A stretch of 64,000 nucleotides of DNA from an archaeon (GCA_043814055.1 JBDRKL010000012.1:32001-96000); one strand, 5' to 3'; shown: positions 8,104 to 17,758, numbered from the stretch's first letter. Made by a program: numbers and translations. Notes: generated by a model not told the origin, from the letters alone.

Positions 8104-9367
8104 GATGGGGGAAGTCCCGAAAACAATAATGATGCGAGCTAAGACTGACGTTGACTCTGTTAAAGAAAGTGTAGGAGAAACAATAAAAAATATCAGAAAA
8201 AATGGGGATACAGCGCTTCGCAAGTATACTGAGAAGTTTGACAGGGTTTTGATAGAGGATTTCAAAACCAGTGAGGACGAGATTAGGGAAGCATATGAGG
8301 AGATAGATCCGCTTGTTCTTGAAAAAATCAAAGAGCAAATTGAGTATTCAAAAAAGTTCGCGAGCGCAGACAAGAAGAATTTAAAAGAGGAGTGGAGCGT
8401 TCAGCTTGGGGAAGGAATTGAAGGTGGTTTGAAACTTACTCCGATTGAAAGTGTTGGGCTCTACGTGCCAGGCGGGAAAAACCCGTTCCCGACTGTGATG
8501 CAGATTCTTGCGATTCCTGCAAAGATTGCTGGGGTGGAGAAGATTGTTGCGTGCACTCCACCACAGAAAGACGGAAAAATACTAGCAGAGGTTTTGGTTG
8601 CTGCAGATTTGTGCGGCGTGGATGAGGTTTACAAGATGGGCGGGGCGCAGGCAGTTGCTGCTTTTGCTTACGGGACTGAGAGCGTGCCAAAGGTTTTGAA
8701 AGTTGTGGGGCCGGGGAATCCATATGTTACTGCTGCAAAGCTGCTGTGCTTTGGGGAAATTGGGATTGACATGCCAGCAGGACCGAGCGAAGCATTGATT
8801 ATTGCAGATGAAGGCGCAACTCCAAGTTGGCTTGCAGCAGATATCCTTGCAAGGGCAGAGCACGGACCGGATTCTGCCGCTGTGCTTGTAACCTGGAAAA
8901 GGGAAATTGCTGAGAAAACCTTGGAGGAAGTTGGAAGGCAGAAGAAAGAGCGTTCAAGGCAGGAGTATATTGAAACTGCGCTAGAAAAATACTGCGCGGT
9001 TGTTCTTGTCAAGGATTTAAGAGAAGCTGTTGATTTTGCAAACGAATATGCTCCGGAGCACTTGGAGCTACAGGTGGAGAGCCCAAGAGAGATTCTGCCC
9101 TTGATAAATAATGCAGGGTCAGTGTTTCTCGGTTATTACAATCCAGTGGCTGTTGGCGACTACGCAAGCGGCGTGAACCACATATTGCCAACCGGTCAGT
9201 GGGCCAAGATGTTCTCGCCTGTAAGCGTTGAGACATTTATGAAGCGCGTGCAGTTTTCGTATGTGAACAAAACCGGGCTTGAGAAGCTGAAAGGAATTGT
9301 TGACACGATTGCTGATATTGAAGGTTTGGACGCGCACAGGGAGAGCGTAGATATTAGGCTCCGCTGA
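8090..9367 (+). CDS. hisD: Histidinol dehydrogenase
   Basis: GLYVPGG, GGAQA, GPGNPYV, AGPSE, AEH, APEHLE, NHILPT. Confidence 0.95.
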   Translation: MKIYEMGEVPKTIMMRAKTDVDSVKESVGETIKNIRKNGDTALRKYTEKFDRVLIEDFKTSEDEIREAYEEIDPLVLEKIKEQIEYSKKFASADKKNLKEEWSVQLGEGIEGGLKLTPIESVGLYVPGGKNPFPTVMQILAIPAKIAGVEKIVACTPPQKDGKILAEVLVAADLCGVDEVYKMGGAQAVAAFAYGTESVPKVLKVVGPGNPYVTAAKLLCFGEIGIDMPAGPSEALIIADEGATPSWLAADILARAEHGPDSAAVLVTWKREIAEKTLEEVGRQKKERSRQEYIETALEKYCAVVLVKDLREAVDFANEYAPEHLELQVESPREILPLINNAGSVFLGYYNPVAVGDYASGVNHILPTGQWAKMFSPVSVETFMKRVQFSYVNKTGLEKLKGIVDTIADIEGLDAHRESVDIRLR

Positions 9368-9396
9368 GAACAGCGGGGTTCGATTGGAGGTGAAAA

Positions 9397-10002
9397 ATGA
9401 AAATTGAGGAAAAAAGGAAGACCAGCGAGTCTGAAATAAAAGTGGTTTTGGAAGATGGTCAGAGAAGAGATATGAAAATTGATACTGGCTTGAACTTTTT
9501 GAACCACCAAGTGAAGCAGATAGCGTGGCGGCTGTGCATGAACATAGACGCGAGCATAAAGAACACAACTGAGTACAGGAGCACGCACACGATGTCAGAG
9601 GATTTGGGAATAGTGCTAGGCAGGGCTTTGCTCAAGATGTACGAACAGAAAGCAAAAGAAGGTGTGAATGGGTTCGGCGCAGCGTATGGAGTGATTGACG
9701 AGGCGCGGGCTTTCGCAGCGGTGAGCATAGAAGGCAGGGCAAACTCGTTTGTGGAGATGTGCCCTGAAATTGAGCGGCTTGAACTTGTTGAGGATATGCT
9801 GTGCTGGGACTTGGTCGCATTCCTTGAAGGGCTTGCGCAGGGCATGAAAGCAACTGTGCAGGTGAACATTGAGCGTGGCAGAGACCCCCACCACTCCTGG
9901 GAAGCTACGTACAGGGCACTCGGAGAGGCGCTCAAAATAGCACTTCAGAAGAATGAATGGAGGAAAGGCACAATTGCAGGAGTAAAAGGAACACTAGAAT
10001 GA
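9397..10002 (+). CDS. hisB: Imidazoleglycerol-phosphate dehydratase (divergent)
   Basis: RKTSESEI, IDTGLNFLNH, DEA, DPHHSWEA, K-G-T-L C-terminus; operon context. Confidence 0.85.
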   Translation: MKIEEKRKTSESEIKVVLEDGQRRDMKIDTGLNFLNHQVKQIAWRLCMNIDASIKNTTEYRSTHTMSEDLGIVLGRALLKMYEQKAKEGVNGFGAAYGVIDEARAFAAVSIEGRANSFVEMCPEIERLELVEDMLCWDLVAFLEGLAQGMKATVQVNIERGRDPHHSWEATYRALGEALKIALQKNEWRKGTIAGVKGTLE

Positions 10003-10658
10003 AAGCTGTAATTTTTGACATGGACGGGGTGCTGGTCAAGGAGGACCGGTACTGGAAAGTGGCCAGTGAAGTGGCATTTGACCTAGCGGGGAGAAGGATT
10101 CCTTTTGCTTTCGTTCAAGAGTGCAAAAGCAGGGGAATGAATTCAAACTGGGAAATCTGCTACGAGTTCGTCAAAGGGACTGGGATTGATTATGAAGGAG
10201 TCAAAGAACTTTTTCAGAAAAAGTTGGCAGAATTAAATCCAAAAAATGAGCTTGTAATAAGTAGAGAGGCTTTCCTTGATGTTTTCTTTAGCCTGAAGCC
10301 CTTGTACTCAATGTACATAGCGACCAGCAGACCGAGGAAAGAAGCGCTGGAGGCGGTTGAGCAGACTGTTCTTTCAGAATTTTTCAATGAGGATTCGGTT
10401 TATGGAATGGAAGATGCCGCACCTGAGAAAAATCTGAAAGAAGCCCTGTTCTCCATGGTCAGGGAGAAAAACAAATTAGGGGACTGCATCGTGGTTGGGG
10501 ATACTGTTTCAGATGTCCTGGCAGGAAAGCGCCTTGGGTTCATGGCAGTTGGAGTTTATGGCAGTTTGGACAATAGGGCAGACCTTGAAAAAGCCAGGGC
10601 GGATATTTTGGCAGAGAACCTATCGGAGCTTTGGATTTTGTTGGATGGAATCAAATGA
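9999..10658 (+). CDS. HAD-superfamily hydrolase, candidate histidinol-phosphatase
   Basis: MKAVIFDMDGVL, VGDTVSD; lies inside the his operon. Confidence 0.8.
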   Translation: MKAVIFDMDGVLVKEDRYWKVASEVAFDLAGRRIPFAFVQECKSRGMNSNWEICYEFVKGTGIDYEGVKELFQKKLAELNPKNELVISREAFLDVFFSLKPLYSMYIATSRPRKEALEAVEQTVLSEFFNEDSVYGMEDAAPEKNLKEALFSMVREKNKLGDCIVVGDTVSDVLAGKRLGFMAVGVYGSLDNRADLEKARADILAENLSELWILLDGIK

Positions 10659-11326
10659 AAATTTATCCTGCAATTGATTTGCTTGGCGGAAGAGCAGTGC
10701 AATTGGTTGGCGGAGATCCAACTAAGCTTTTGTTTAGCAGGGATGCTCTTGAGCAGGCTGAGAAATTCAAAGAAGTGACCTTGTGGCTGATTGATTTGAA
10801 TTCTGCACTAGGCAATGGATCTAACCTCAAACTTATAAAAAAAATACTCACTAAAAGCCCTGCTTGCGTTGGAGGAGGCATTCGAACCATAGAAAAAGCC
10901 AATGAAATGTTAGAAGCAGGGGCTGAAAAAATAATCATTGGAACAAAAGCAGTTGAAGACCCTGAGTTTTTGAAAAACTTCGATCCAGAAAAGGTGATAG
11001 TTGCACTTGACTGCAAGAAGGGGAAAGTATGCATTGATGCGTGGCAATCTGAGACTGGGCGCGAAGTTGAAGACATTGGAGCAAAATATTACCTTGTAAC
11101 AAATATTGATGTTGAGGGACGGCAGGAAGGACTTGACTTTTCTTTTGTTGAGAATGTTTTGGACAAATTGCCTAATGTGATAATTTCTGGCGGAATTTCT
11201 TCCCCAGAAGATGTTTTTAAAATTAAAAAAATGGGCGCGTACGGTGTCGTTATAGGCAGCGCGCTTTATTCTGGAAAAATAAAACTTGAGGAGGTTTTAA
11301 ATGAAAAAAATAATGCCATGCCTTGA
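10655..11326 (+). CDS. hisA: ProFAR isomerase
   Basis: IYPAIDLLGGRAVQL, GGGIRT, SGGISS, IGSALY. Confidence 0.92.
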   Translation: MKIYPAIDLLGGRAVQLVGGDPTKLLFSRDALEQAEKFKEVTLWLIDLNSALGNGSNLKLIKKILTKSPACVGGGIRTIEKANEMLEAGAEKIIIGTKAVEDPEFLKNFDPEKVIVALDCKKGKVCIDAWQSETGREVEDIGAKYYLVTNIDVEGRQEGLDFSFVENVLDKLPNVIISGGISSPEDVFKIKKMGAYGVVIGSALYSGKIKLEEVLNEKNNAMP

Positions 11327-12050
11327 CACTTTTGATGGAAAGCTTGTCAAAGGCGTGAAGTTTGAGATAAACAAAGAATTTGGAGACCCAGTAGAGTATG
11401 CAAAGAAGTATTGTGAAGATGGTGCTGACGAGCTTGCTGTGCTGGACATTAACGCGACTCCTGAAGGGAGAGCTACATTGCTCGAGGTTGTGAAGAACAT
11501 TTCAGCAGTGTGCACTGTGCCGCTCACAGTTGGGGGCGGAATACGGAGTGTTGAAGAGATTGAAAAAGTGCTTGATGCAGGCGCTGACAAGGTTTCAATA
11601 AACACCGCTGCTGTGAATCGACCTGAGTTGATTAAAGAAGCTGCTGAAAAATTTGGCTCTGAAAAAATTGTTGTAGCAATTGACTTCACCAAGAAAGATG
11701 GAACTTGGAAAGTGCTTGTTAATGCAGGAAAAACAATTGTTGACAAAGACGTGATTGAATGGGCCAAAGAAGCTGAGGAGTTGGGCGCAGGAACTTTGCT
11801 TCCAACTAGTTTGGATGCTGATGGGACAAAAAAGGGCTTTGATTTAGAGGCAACCCGGCTGATAAAAGAGTCTGTTTCAGTGCCAGTAATCGCAAGTGGC
11901 GGCGCAGGAACTCTTGAGGACATGTACAAAGTGCTGACAGAGGGTAAAGCGGATGTTGCATTGGCAGCAAGTATTTTCCACTACGGAGAATACACAGTAC
12001 GGGATGTCAAGAAGTATCTAAAAGAAAAAGGAGTTGAGGTGAATCTATGA
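11301..12050 (+). CDS. hisF: Imidazole glycerol phosphate synthase cyclase subunit
   Basis: [38 protein letters not shown]. Confidence 0.96.
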   Translation: MKKIMPCLDTFDGKLVKGVKFEINKEFGDPVEYAKKYCEDGADELAVLDINATPEGRATLLEVVKNISAVCTVPLTVGGGIRSVEEIEKVLDAGADKVSINTAAVNRPELIKEAAEKFGSEKIVVAIDFTKKDGTWKVLVNAGKTIVDKDVIEWAKEAEELGAGTLLPTSLDADGTKKGFDLEATRLIKESVSVPVIASGGAGTLEDMYKVLTEGKADVALAASIFHYGEYTVRDVKKYLKEKGVEVNL

Positions 12051-12604
12051 ATTTGAAACCAGTTATTGCTCAGGACGCCAGCACAAAAGAAGTGCTTATG
12101 CTAGCGTGGGCCAATGAAGAAGCGCTTGAGAAAACAAAGGAAACCGGGTATGCCTGGTATTGGTCAAGAAGCAGAAATAAACTGTGGAAGAAGGGTGAGA
12201 GCTCAGGAAATGTGCAGAAGATTGTTGAGGTTATGGAAGACTGTGACAAGGATGCTCTGCTGTACATTGTTGAGCAGAAAGGAAATGCCTGCCACACTGG
12301 GAAATATTCCTGCTTCAAAAAGGAAAAACCATTTACGCTTGAAGTTTTGGAAAAAGTGATTGAGCAGAGGAAGCTGGAGAAACAAGAAGGCAGTTATACT
12401 GTGAAGCTTTTGGAGGATGAGGAATTGGCGTGTGAGAAAGTTTTGGAAGAGGCAGGAGAAGTTGTGCAGGCGGTGAAGAAAGAGGGAAAACAGAGAACAA
12501 TTGAAGAGGCCGCTGACGTGCTGTATCACTTGATGGTTTTGCTCGCTGGGAAAGGTATAAAATGGATAGAGGTTGTTGGGGAATTAAGCAATAGGTCTAA
12601 ATAA
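12047..12604 (+). CDS. hisIE: Bifunctional PR-AMP cyclohydrolase / PR-ATP pyrophosphatase
   Basis: [44 protein letters not shown]. Confidence 0.95.
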   Translation: MNLKPVIAQDASTKEVLMLAWANEEALEKTKETGYAWYWSRSRNKLWKKGESSGNVQKIVEVMEDCDKDALLYIVEQKGNACHTGKYSCFKKEKPFTLEVLEKVIEQRKLEKQEGSYTVKLLEDEELACEKVLEEAGEVVQAVKKEGKQRTIEEAADVLYHLMVLLAGKGIKWIEVVGELSNRSK

Positions 12605-14162
12605 ACACCTTAATATCATCATTATACCGCAGGGCTCTTTCAACTATCTTTCCGAGCTTGGTCCTTCTGTTAAGGCGGATTTCAGTGATTCTTCCTATTT
12701 TTGTCTTTAGGAGGAAGTTCTTGCCGGCGTAGAGCGTGACCTCCTTGTTCGCGCACTCATTATCAAGCGTTATTATGTAATCGCTCTTGGTTTGCTGCAC
12801 CACGGCTTTTGAGCCCTTTGGCGCGTCACCGGCTGGCATCACGACTGTTTCCTCGCCGAAGGTGTAGATTTCATACTCAAGCCGGCCGGACTCAAAGTCA
12901 AGCACTTCAACAACCGGGCGCGCAAGGTCAGCTTCCATCATCCCTGCAGGAACTTTGACCTTCATTTTGGTCTCGTAGACTGTTTGGATTTTCGCGTCCT
13001 TTATGAAAATTACAGTGTCAACTATGTGCGCGATCTGACCGAGCTCTAATCGCCCAACTAATCTTTGTATCGCGTTAACAGGCTCGCTTGAGTGAGTGAC
13101 TCCAACCATTCCGACCCCAGCTAGGCGCATATCCGCGAAGACCGTGAAGTCAGAGCTCTTCCTTAGCTCGTCGTAGATTGTATAGTCAGGCCGGACAAGG
13201 AGGAGTATGTCAGCGGACTTTGCCATTGAGCCCTCAAGCGGACCGTATTGCGTGATTTCTTTTCCAACCTGAAGATCGCGGGGGCTCTCAAGGGTTTTAA
13301 CAATTGTTCCTTTTTCCTGGTAGTGCTCGGCAAGTGCTGCAGCGAATGAGGATTTGCCTGCGCCAGGGGAGCCGCAGATGAATATGCCCTCGGCTTTCCC
13401 GTCCAAGCGCTCGCGAAGCTTGTCTGACATTAAGTATGAGTCCAAGGTTGGTTTTTTGATTGGATGCGCAGCTGTGATTTCCATTACGTTCGTGAAAGGC
13501 GGTTCTGTAATTACGATGCGATAGTTCCCATCCTGCACAACTGTGGCACCGTTCGCGCTTATCTCGGTTGTGCGGGTCGCGCGGGCCTTGTCCATTATAC
13601 CGCGGTAGAGCCCGTCAAGCTCTTCGTCTTTCATTGGCTCCTCGCGGATTGCAGCGAACTCAACCTTGCCTGGCATTCCTTTCTTTGCCATTGGGGAAAG
13701 CCCTGCCTTGAGGTGCACGCTCATTGTCTCCTTGTCAAAGAACTGCTCAATGCCCGGCGCGTCCTTTAGCTTTGTCTCAATGTGCTTGCACTCTATGCCG
13801 CGGGCTTTTGCCGCGAGGTACATTATGTAATCACCGGTTAGAAGAGTTGCGCCGAGTTTTGTGGCTGCCTCGCGTATCATGCCATCAATTGAGCCGAAGC
13901 GCGCTGCCTTGATTTCCTCAACGCTCGGCCGCTCGCCGTGATAGTTCAAAGTGATTTTGCCTTTCTTCTCAAGCTCCTTGAGCTTGGCGAGCTCCTCAAG
14001 CCCGTCAAAGCCGATTGTGCGTCCTTTGTTCGCCTGGTTCTCCAGCTCGGAAATTACTGATTCAAGAATTATGACTTCGCCATTGAGCTTGCCGGACTCA
14101 ATAAGCTCTGAAATTTTGCCGATTATGATAATGCTTGTGTCCGGCAGAGTCTTCTTATCCAT
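12597..14162 (-). CDS. PIN-domain ATPase (PINA/MJ1533 family)
   Basis: N-terminal PIN ([16 protein letters not shown]), Walker [20 protein letters not shown]. Confidence 0.9.
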   Translation of the reverse strand: MDKKTLPDTSIIIIGKISELIESGKLNGEVIILESVISELENQANKGRTIGFDGLEELAKLKELEKKGKITLNYHGERPSVEEIKAARFGSIDGMIREAATKLGATLLTGDYIMYLAAKARGIECKHIETKLKDAPGIEQFFDKETMSVHLKAGLSPMAKKGMPGKVEFAAIREEPMKDEELDGLYRGIMDKARATRTTEISANGATVVQDGNYRIVITEPPFTNVMEITAAHPIKKPTLDSYLMSDKLRERLDGKAEGIFICGSPGAGKSSFAAALAEHYQEKGTIVKTLESPRDLQVGKEITQYGPLEGSMAKSADILLLVRPDYTIYDELRKSSDFTVFADMRLAGVGMVGVTHSSEPVNAIQRLVGRLELGQIAHIVDTVIFIKDAKIQTVYETKMKVKVPAGMMEADLARPVVEVLDFESGRLEYEIYTFGEETVVMPAGDAPKGSKAVVQQTKSDYIITLDNECANKEVTLYAGKNFLLKTKIGRITEIRLNRRTKLGKIVERALRYNDDIKVFI

Positions 14163-14199
14163 ACAAAGCTTTAAAAGACCAGAGTATTAATTTGTTTCT

Positions 14200-14261
14200 A
14201 TGAGACACACACTAAGAAATTGGTTTTGCGTGTTCATCAACATCGGAGGCCGATGTTGATG
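14200..14261 (+). promoter_or_regulatory. uORF plus SD-sequestering hairpin leader, copy 1
   Basis: 19-codon ORF ending TGATG on the downstream start; 12-bp stem CATCAACATCGG/CCGATGTTGATG; homologous to 63596-63657. Confidence 0.7.
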
Positions 14262-14735
14262 ATTTCAAAAGCGGTTTTTCTCAAACTGAAGCAGGACCAG
14301 AAAGAGCGCGTGCTCGCAGCGCTTTTTGAGGCAAAGTTCAAGAGCTTCAGCATTTTGAAGGAGAGCGTTGTTATTGATGTTCCAGCCGGCTACAGCGTTC
14401 GCGTTGCGGCTGTGCTTCAGTGCGAGGAGCAGGACGAAATAGTCAAGAGAATTTTCGTTGTTATGGAAGAGTTCAACGACTTCCTGACCACAAAGGACAT
14501 TAATGAGATTTACACCCACGTGGACGAGCTTGCCAAGACCGGCGAGTTTGTTCCGGAGCGGGATGATTTCTGGGTTGTGACGAACGAGAAGTGGACCTAC
14601 GAAGCGTATGAATACGCGCGCGGCAAGGTTGCACTAATGGACGCGGACGCGGTTATTGAGGGCATTGAAAAATACTACGACAAGTCGCGAGAGCTACGAG
14701 ATGCTGTGAGGCACTTCGGGCTTGTAAAGGAATAA
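14259..14735 (+). CDS. Hypothetical protein
   Basis: Open frame with SD GGAGG 9 nt upstream of ATG 14259; no motif recognised. Confidence 0.7.
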   Translation: MISKAVFLKLKQDQKERVLAALFEAKFKSFSILKESVVIDVPAGYSVRVAAVLQCEEQDEIVKRIFVVMEEFNDFLTTKDINEIYTHVDELAKTGEFVPERDDFWVVTNEKWTYEAYEYARGKVALMDADAVIEGIEKYYDKSRELRDAVRHFGLVKE

Positions 14736-14737
14736 AA

Positions 14738-15172
14738 CTAAGAACTCATCTGAGTGTTTTCAGAATTTGGCAGGTTCAGGTTTACCAGGACATCCTGGAA
14801 CTCAGGGCCATTGAGTATCAGCTCAACTTCAGTAAGTATGCCAACGAGCTCGGTGCCGTTTACCACAGGGAGCTTTTTTATCTTGTACTCCGCCATTAGC
14901 TTTGCCGCGTCCTGCAGGGTTGTCTCAGGGGTTGTCACAACGAGGGGTGAGCTCATTATTTCTCCGACTGTTGTCGCATTCGGCTTTTTGTCCTTCGCGA
15001 TGACCTTGTACATTAGGTCAGTGCTCGTCACGATGCCGAGCGCCTCTGTTTCACTAACTATTATCACACAGCTGAGCTGGTGCTTTTCCATTTCCTTGAC
15101 CGCCTTGACCACGCTGGTTTCCTTCGTGGTGGTGTAAACATTCCTAGACATTACTTCTGCAACTGTTGTCAT
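14738..15172 (-). CDS. CBS domain protein
   Basis: Two CBS repeats (VAEVMSRNV, GIVTSTDL, VGEIMSSPL, LPVV, GILTE). Confidence 0.9.
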   Translation of the reverse strand: MTTVAEVMSRNVYTTTKETSVVKAVKEMEKHQLSCVIIVSETEALGIVTSTDLMYKVIAKDKKPNATTVGEIMSSPLVVTTPETTLQDAAKLMAEYKIKKLPVVNGTELVGILTEVELILNGPEFQDVLVNLNLPNSENTQMSS

Positions 15173-15195
15173 AAATTCATCTTTGATTTTGGGTT

Positions 15196-15615
15196 TTATA
15201 TGCTTGCGGGTTCGCGGAGCTTTAGCCCCAGCTTCTGCTCAAGCTTCTTGATGAGCTTGTCGTCCGGAACCATTGAGCCTGACATTAACTTGTTTATCAC
15301 AGATTCTTTCTCGTTGAGCATCTGCGCGAACTCGTCCTTCTTCTTCCCACTTCTATTCCATACGTTGCGGATTAGCTCAGAGTAGTTTTCAACAAGCTCC
15401 AGCTCGCCGGGCTCGTCAGAATATGAAGGTTGGGATTGGGGCTGAGAGAACTTTGGCGCAGAAACGCTTTTAGAAGATTTTGAAACCGGCTGCGGCACTG
15501 AGAACTGAACCTCTTCACCATATCTCACGCAGTCGTCGCAAACGCTGAGAATTGAGCCCTCTGTTTTTATCTTCCTGACTCTTCTAAGTTCCTTGCCGCA
15601 AAGTTCGCAGTCCAT
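15196..15615 (-). CDS. mbf1: Multiprotein bridging factor aMBF1
   Basis: CELCG...VCDDC zinc ribbon plus C-terminal HTH (KESVINKL..G..PDD...KLE). Confidence 0.9.
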   Translation of the reverse strand: MDCELCGKELRRVRKIKTEGSILSVCDDCVRYGEEVQFSVPQPVSKSSKSVSAPKFSQPQSQPSYSDEPGELELVENYSELIRNVWNRSGKKKDEFAQMLNEKESVINKLMSGSMVPDDKLIKKLEQKLGLKLREPASI

Positions 15616-15622
15616 TTCTTCC

Positions 15623-16444
15623 TTAAACCAATTTTACAGTAATTTTTCCCTTTGTGTCGCTGTCAAAATCATGACTGAAATAGTATATCCTTGGACCATA
15701 GAAGGTGTGGCTCCACTCTTCCCCGGGGTCAATCTTGACCGGAGCGGTTCCCTGTTCAAAATTTATTTTGTGAGGATATTCGTCCATGTTAACCCAAGTT
15801 ATGCGTGCAGGGGAGTTCACTATCAGGACATCTGGCTCAAAACTCCATCTGTACATGTAGATTGTTTCAGAACTAGCGGGTTCAATTTCTGTTGCATCTG
15901 CATAGGAAGGGATTGAATATGCTGTTGAGAGAGTCACACGAATTCGGCCATTCAAACGCGGGTAAAGGCTGCAATCGTAACTGTAAATTTTTGGACCAAT
16001 GAAAGAATAGGTCCAGGATTCACCTTGCGCCAGTTTTGGGGACTCCGCATAATTATTGCCGAATCTTACCCTGTGATACTTGGTGTCAGTGTTCACCCAA
16101 GTAACTTCAACGAGATTGGCAGCATCAATAACTTCTGGCTTAAAGCCCTTTGCAGTTATTTCCACTGTGGCAGTGGCAACTTTAATTTCCGCACCAAGTT
16201 CTTCTTTTTCTTCTGTTTTCACGAGTTTTATTGCTGTTTTTGGAGTTTCAGGGGTTTTTAGCTCAGCAGGTTTGATTGGATTCACCACAAGGCTGACCTC
16301 GGCAATGTTTGATGGTGTGGCTGATGTTTCCTGATAACCCATTCCAGCAAGGGAGTTTAAAGGGAAGTATGAGAACTGCACCCCGATTACTATAATGAGT
16401 ATTCCGATGATAAGACCAGTTGCAACGGCGTCGTATTTGTCCAT
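15623..16444 (-). CDS. Membrane-anchored tandem cupredoxin-fold protein
   Basis: N-terminal TM; two domains with F.P.VI/L, VTW.N.D..H, GE.W.Y/HTF.GP..Y. Confidence 0.75.
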   Translation of the reverse strand: MDKYDAVATGLIIGILIIVIGVQFSYFPLNSLAGMGYQETSATPSNIAEVSLVVNPIKPAELKTPETPKTAIKLVKTEEKEELGAEIKVATATVEITAKGFKPEVIDAANLVEVTWVNTDTKYHRVRFGNNYAESPKLAQGESWTYSFIGPKIYSYDCSLYPRLNGRIRVTLSTAYSIPSYADATEIEPASSETIYMYRWSFEPDVLIVNSPARITWVNMDEYPHKINFEQGTAPVKIDPGEEWSHTFYGPRIYYFSHDFDSDTKGKITVKLV

Positions 16445-16519
16445 AATTACGAATAGGAAAAGGTGGTTTATATTCGTTTCTGGCGTTAGGTATTTATTAG
16501 AGGAGGGCGAAAAGGGGTT

Positions 16520-17074
16520 ATGGAATATAGGGATGTCTGGGTTGTTTCAGCGTTTTCAATACTGTCGGCGTTATCGTATTTGTTTTTTGACACGCTCGGG
16601 CCGTTTAATGGGAATTATTACCTGGATGCTTTTATGGAATTGCTTTCACAACTTGGCGGGGTTTACATTTACTTCGCGCTCGGCGGGGCCCTCGTGGGCT
16701 ACGCGTTCCTCTACGGCAGGGGCGAGATGAAGCAAAAGGGCGCATTTTTCATGTTCGCGCTCCTCGTGGACACCCTGCTCATACTCGCGCTCAAGGACCT
16801 GATTGGCAGGGAGCGGCCGATTCCTGAAACACATTACACAAAGGCGTTCCCGAGCGGGCACGCAGCGAACGGAATATTCACCGCGAAGATGCTCGGTGAC
16901 TGGTATCCAAAGTTCAGGGGCGGGTTGTACGCGTTTATGCTGCTCTGCGTCTCAAGCAGGATTTATTTTGGAGCTCATTATCTTTCAGATATTTTCGCAG
17001 GGTTTGCGATAAGCTATGGGACCGCGGTGCTGTGGATGTGGGTTTATGGGAAGTATGTTGAGAAGTCTGAATAG
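16520..17074 (+). CDS. PAP2-family membrane phosphatase
   Basis: K..IGRERP, FPSGH, SRIYFGAHYLSD. Confidence 0.9.
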   Translation: MEYRDVWVVSAFSILSALSYLFFDTLGPFNGNYYLDAFMELLSQLGGVYIYFALGGALVGYAFLYGRGEMKQKGAFFMFALLVDTLLILALKDLIGRERPIPETHYTKAFPSGHAANGIFTAKMLGDWYPKFRGGLYAFMLLCVSSRIYFGAHYLSDIFAGFAISYGTAVLWMWVYGKYVEKSE

Positions 17075-17158
17075 CCGAGCGTTAGCGAAGCTCCGAATCG
17101 CTCTGCGATTCGTTTTTTGGTCAAGCTTTTTTCACAAATATAACCAATAAAAAGGTTG
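17074..17158 (-). repeat. CAACCTTTTT...GCTTGACCAAAAA element, short form, plus hairpins
   Basis: Reverse complement reads caacctttttattggttatatttgtgaaaaaagcttgaccaaaaaa, then cgaatcgc-aga-gcgattcg. Confidence 0.8.
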
Positions 17159-17215
17159 TCTCAGATCGCCCATCACTCATCACCTTATCAGATCGATGTC
17201 GGATCTTCATTGACA
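17157..17215 (-). ncRNA. Dual-guide box C/D sRNA
   Basis: Minus strand: TGTC-A-ATGAAGA(C)-tccgacatcgat-CTGA(D')-taag-GTGATGA(C')-gtgatgggcgat-CTGA(D)-GACA. Two 12-nt guides, terminal stem, TATA at 17238-17244. Confidence 0.85.
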
Positions 17216-17264
17216 GCTTATGTTAATAAATAAACTAATATAAATAGTGTTTTAAGTTGCGGTT

Positions 17265-17489
17265 TTATGCTGTTTCTTCTTCAGATTCTTCTTCAGCCGG
17301 CGCTTCCGGTTCGGATGATTCCCCTTCTGCAGGTGTCTCGTCCTCAATGGATTCGTCGTCGCAGCAATCGCAAGAATCGTCAGTTGACTCTTCTGCAGGT
17401 GCCTCGTTTGAAGTTTCTTCAGAAGTCTCTTTGGTGGTCTCTTCTGCAGTTGCGTCCACAGATGTTTCGTTTTGTGTTTCTTCTTCCAT
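17265..17489 (-). CDS. Small highly acidic protein with CDCC motif
   Basis: SD AGGAGG upstream; Glu/Thr-rich low complexity. Confidence 0.65.
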   Translation of the reverse strand: MEEETQNETSVDATAEETTKETSEETSNEAPAEESTDDSCDCCDDESIEDETPAEGESSEPEAPAEEESEEETA

Positions 17490-17518
17490 TTTGATTTCCT
17501 CCTTTAATTGATTATGAG

Positions 17519-17758
17519 TTATGCCTCAACCGCTGTGTCTTCTGCAGGGACTTCAGTTGGTAGGGTCTTTGGCTTTATTTCAATTGCAGTCTGCGGGCAG
17601 GCTGAAACACATGCTCCACATTCTACACAGACATTTGGATTTGCCTGTGGCTTGCCGTCCGGGCCTTTGCTGTCTTCCATCGCTTTAGGGTCAAGCGGGC
17701 ATACTGCTACGCACGCTTTGCAATTTATGCATAGTTCATAGTTTACTATTGCTGGCAT
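17519..17758 (-). CDS. 2x[4Fe-4S] ferredoxin
   Basis: CINCKACVAVCP and CVECGACVSACP. Confidence 0.95.
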   Translation of the reverse strand: MPAIVNYELCINCKACVAVCPLDPKAMEDSKGPDGKPQANPNVCVECGACVSACPQTAIEIKPKTLPTEVPAEDTAVEA

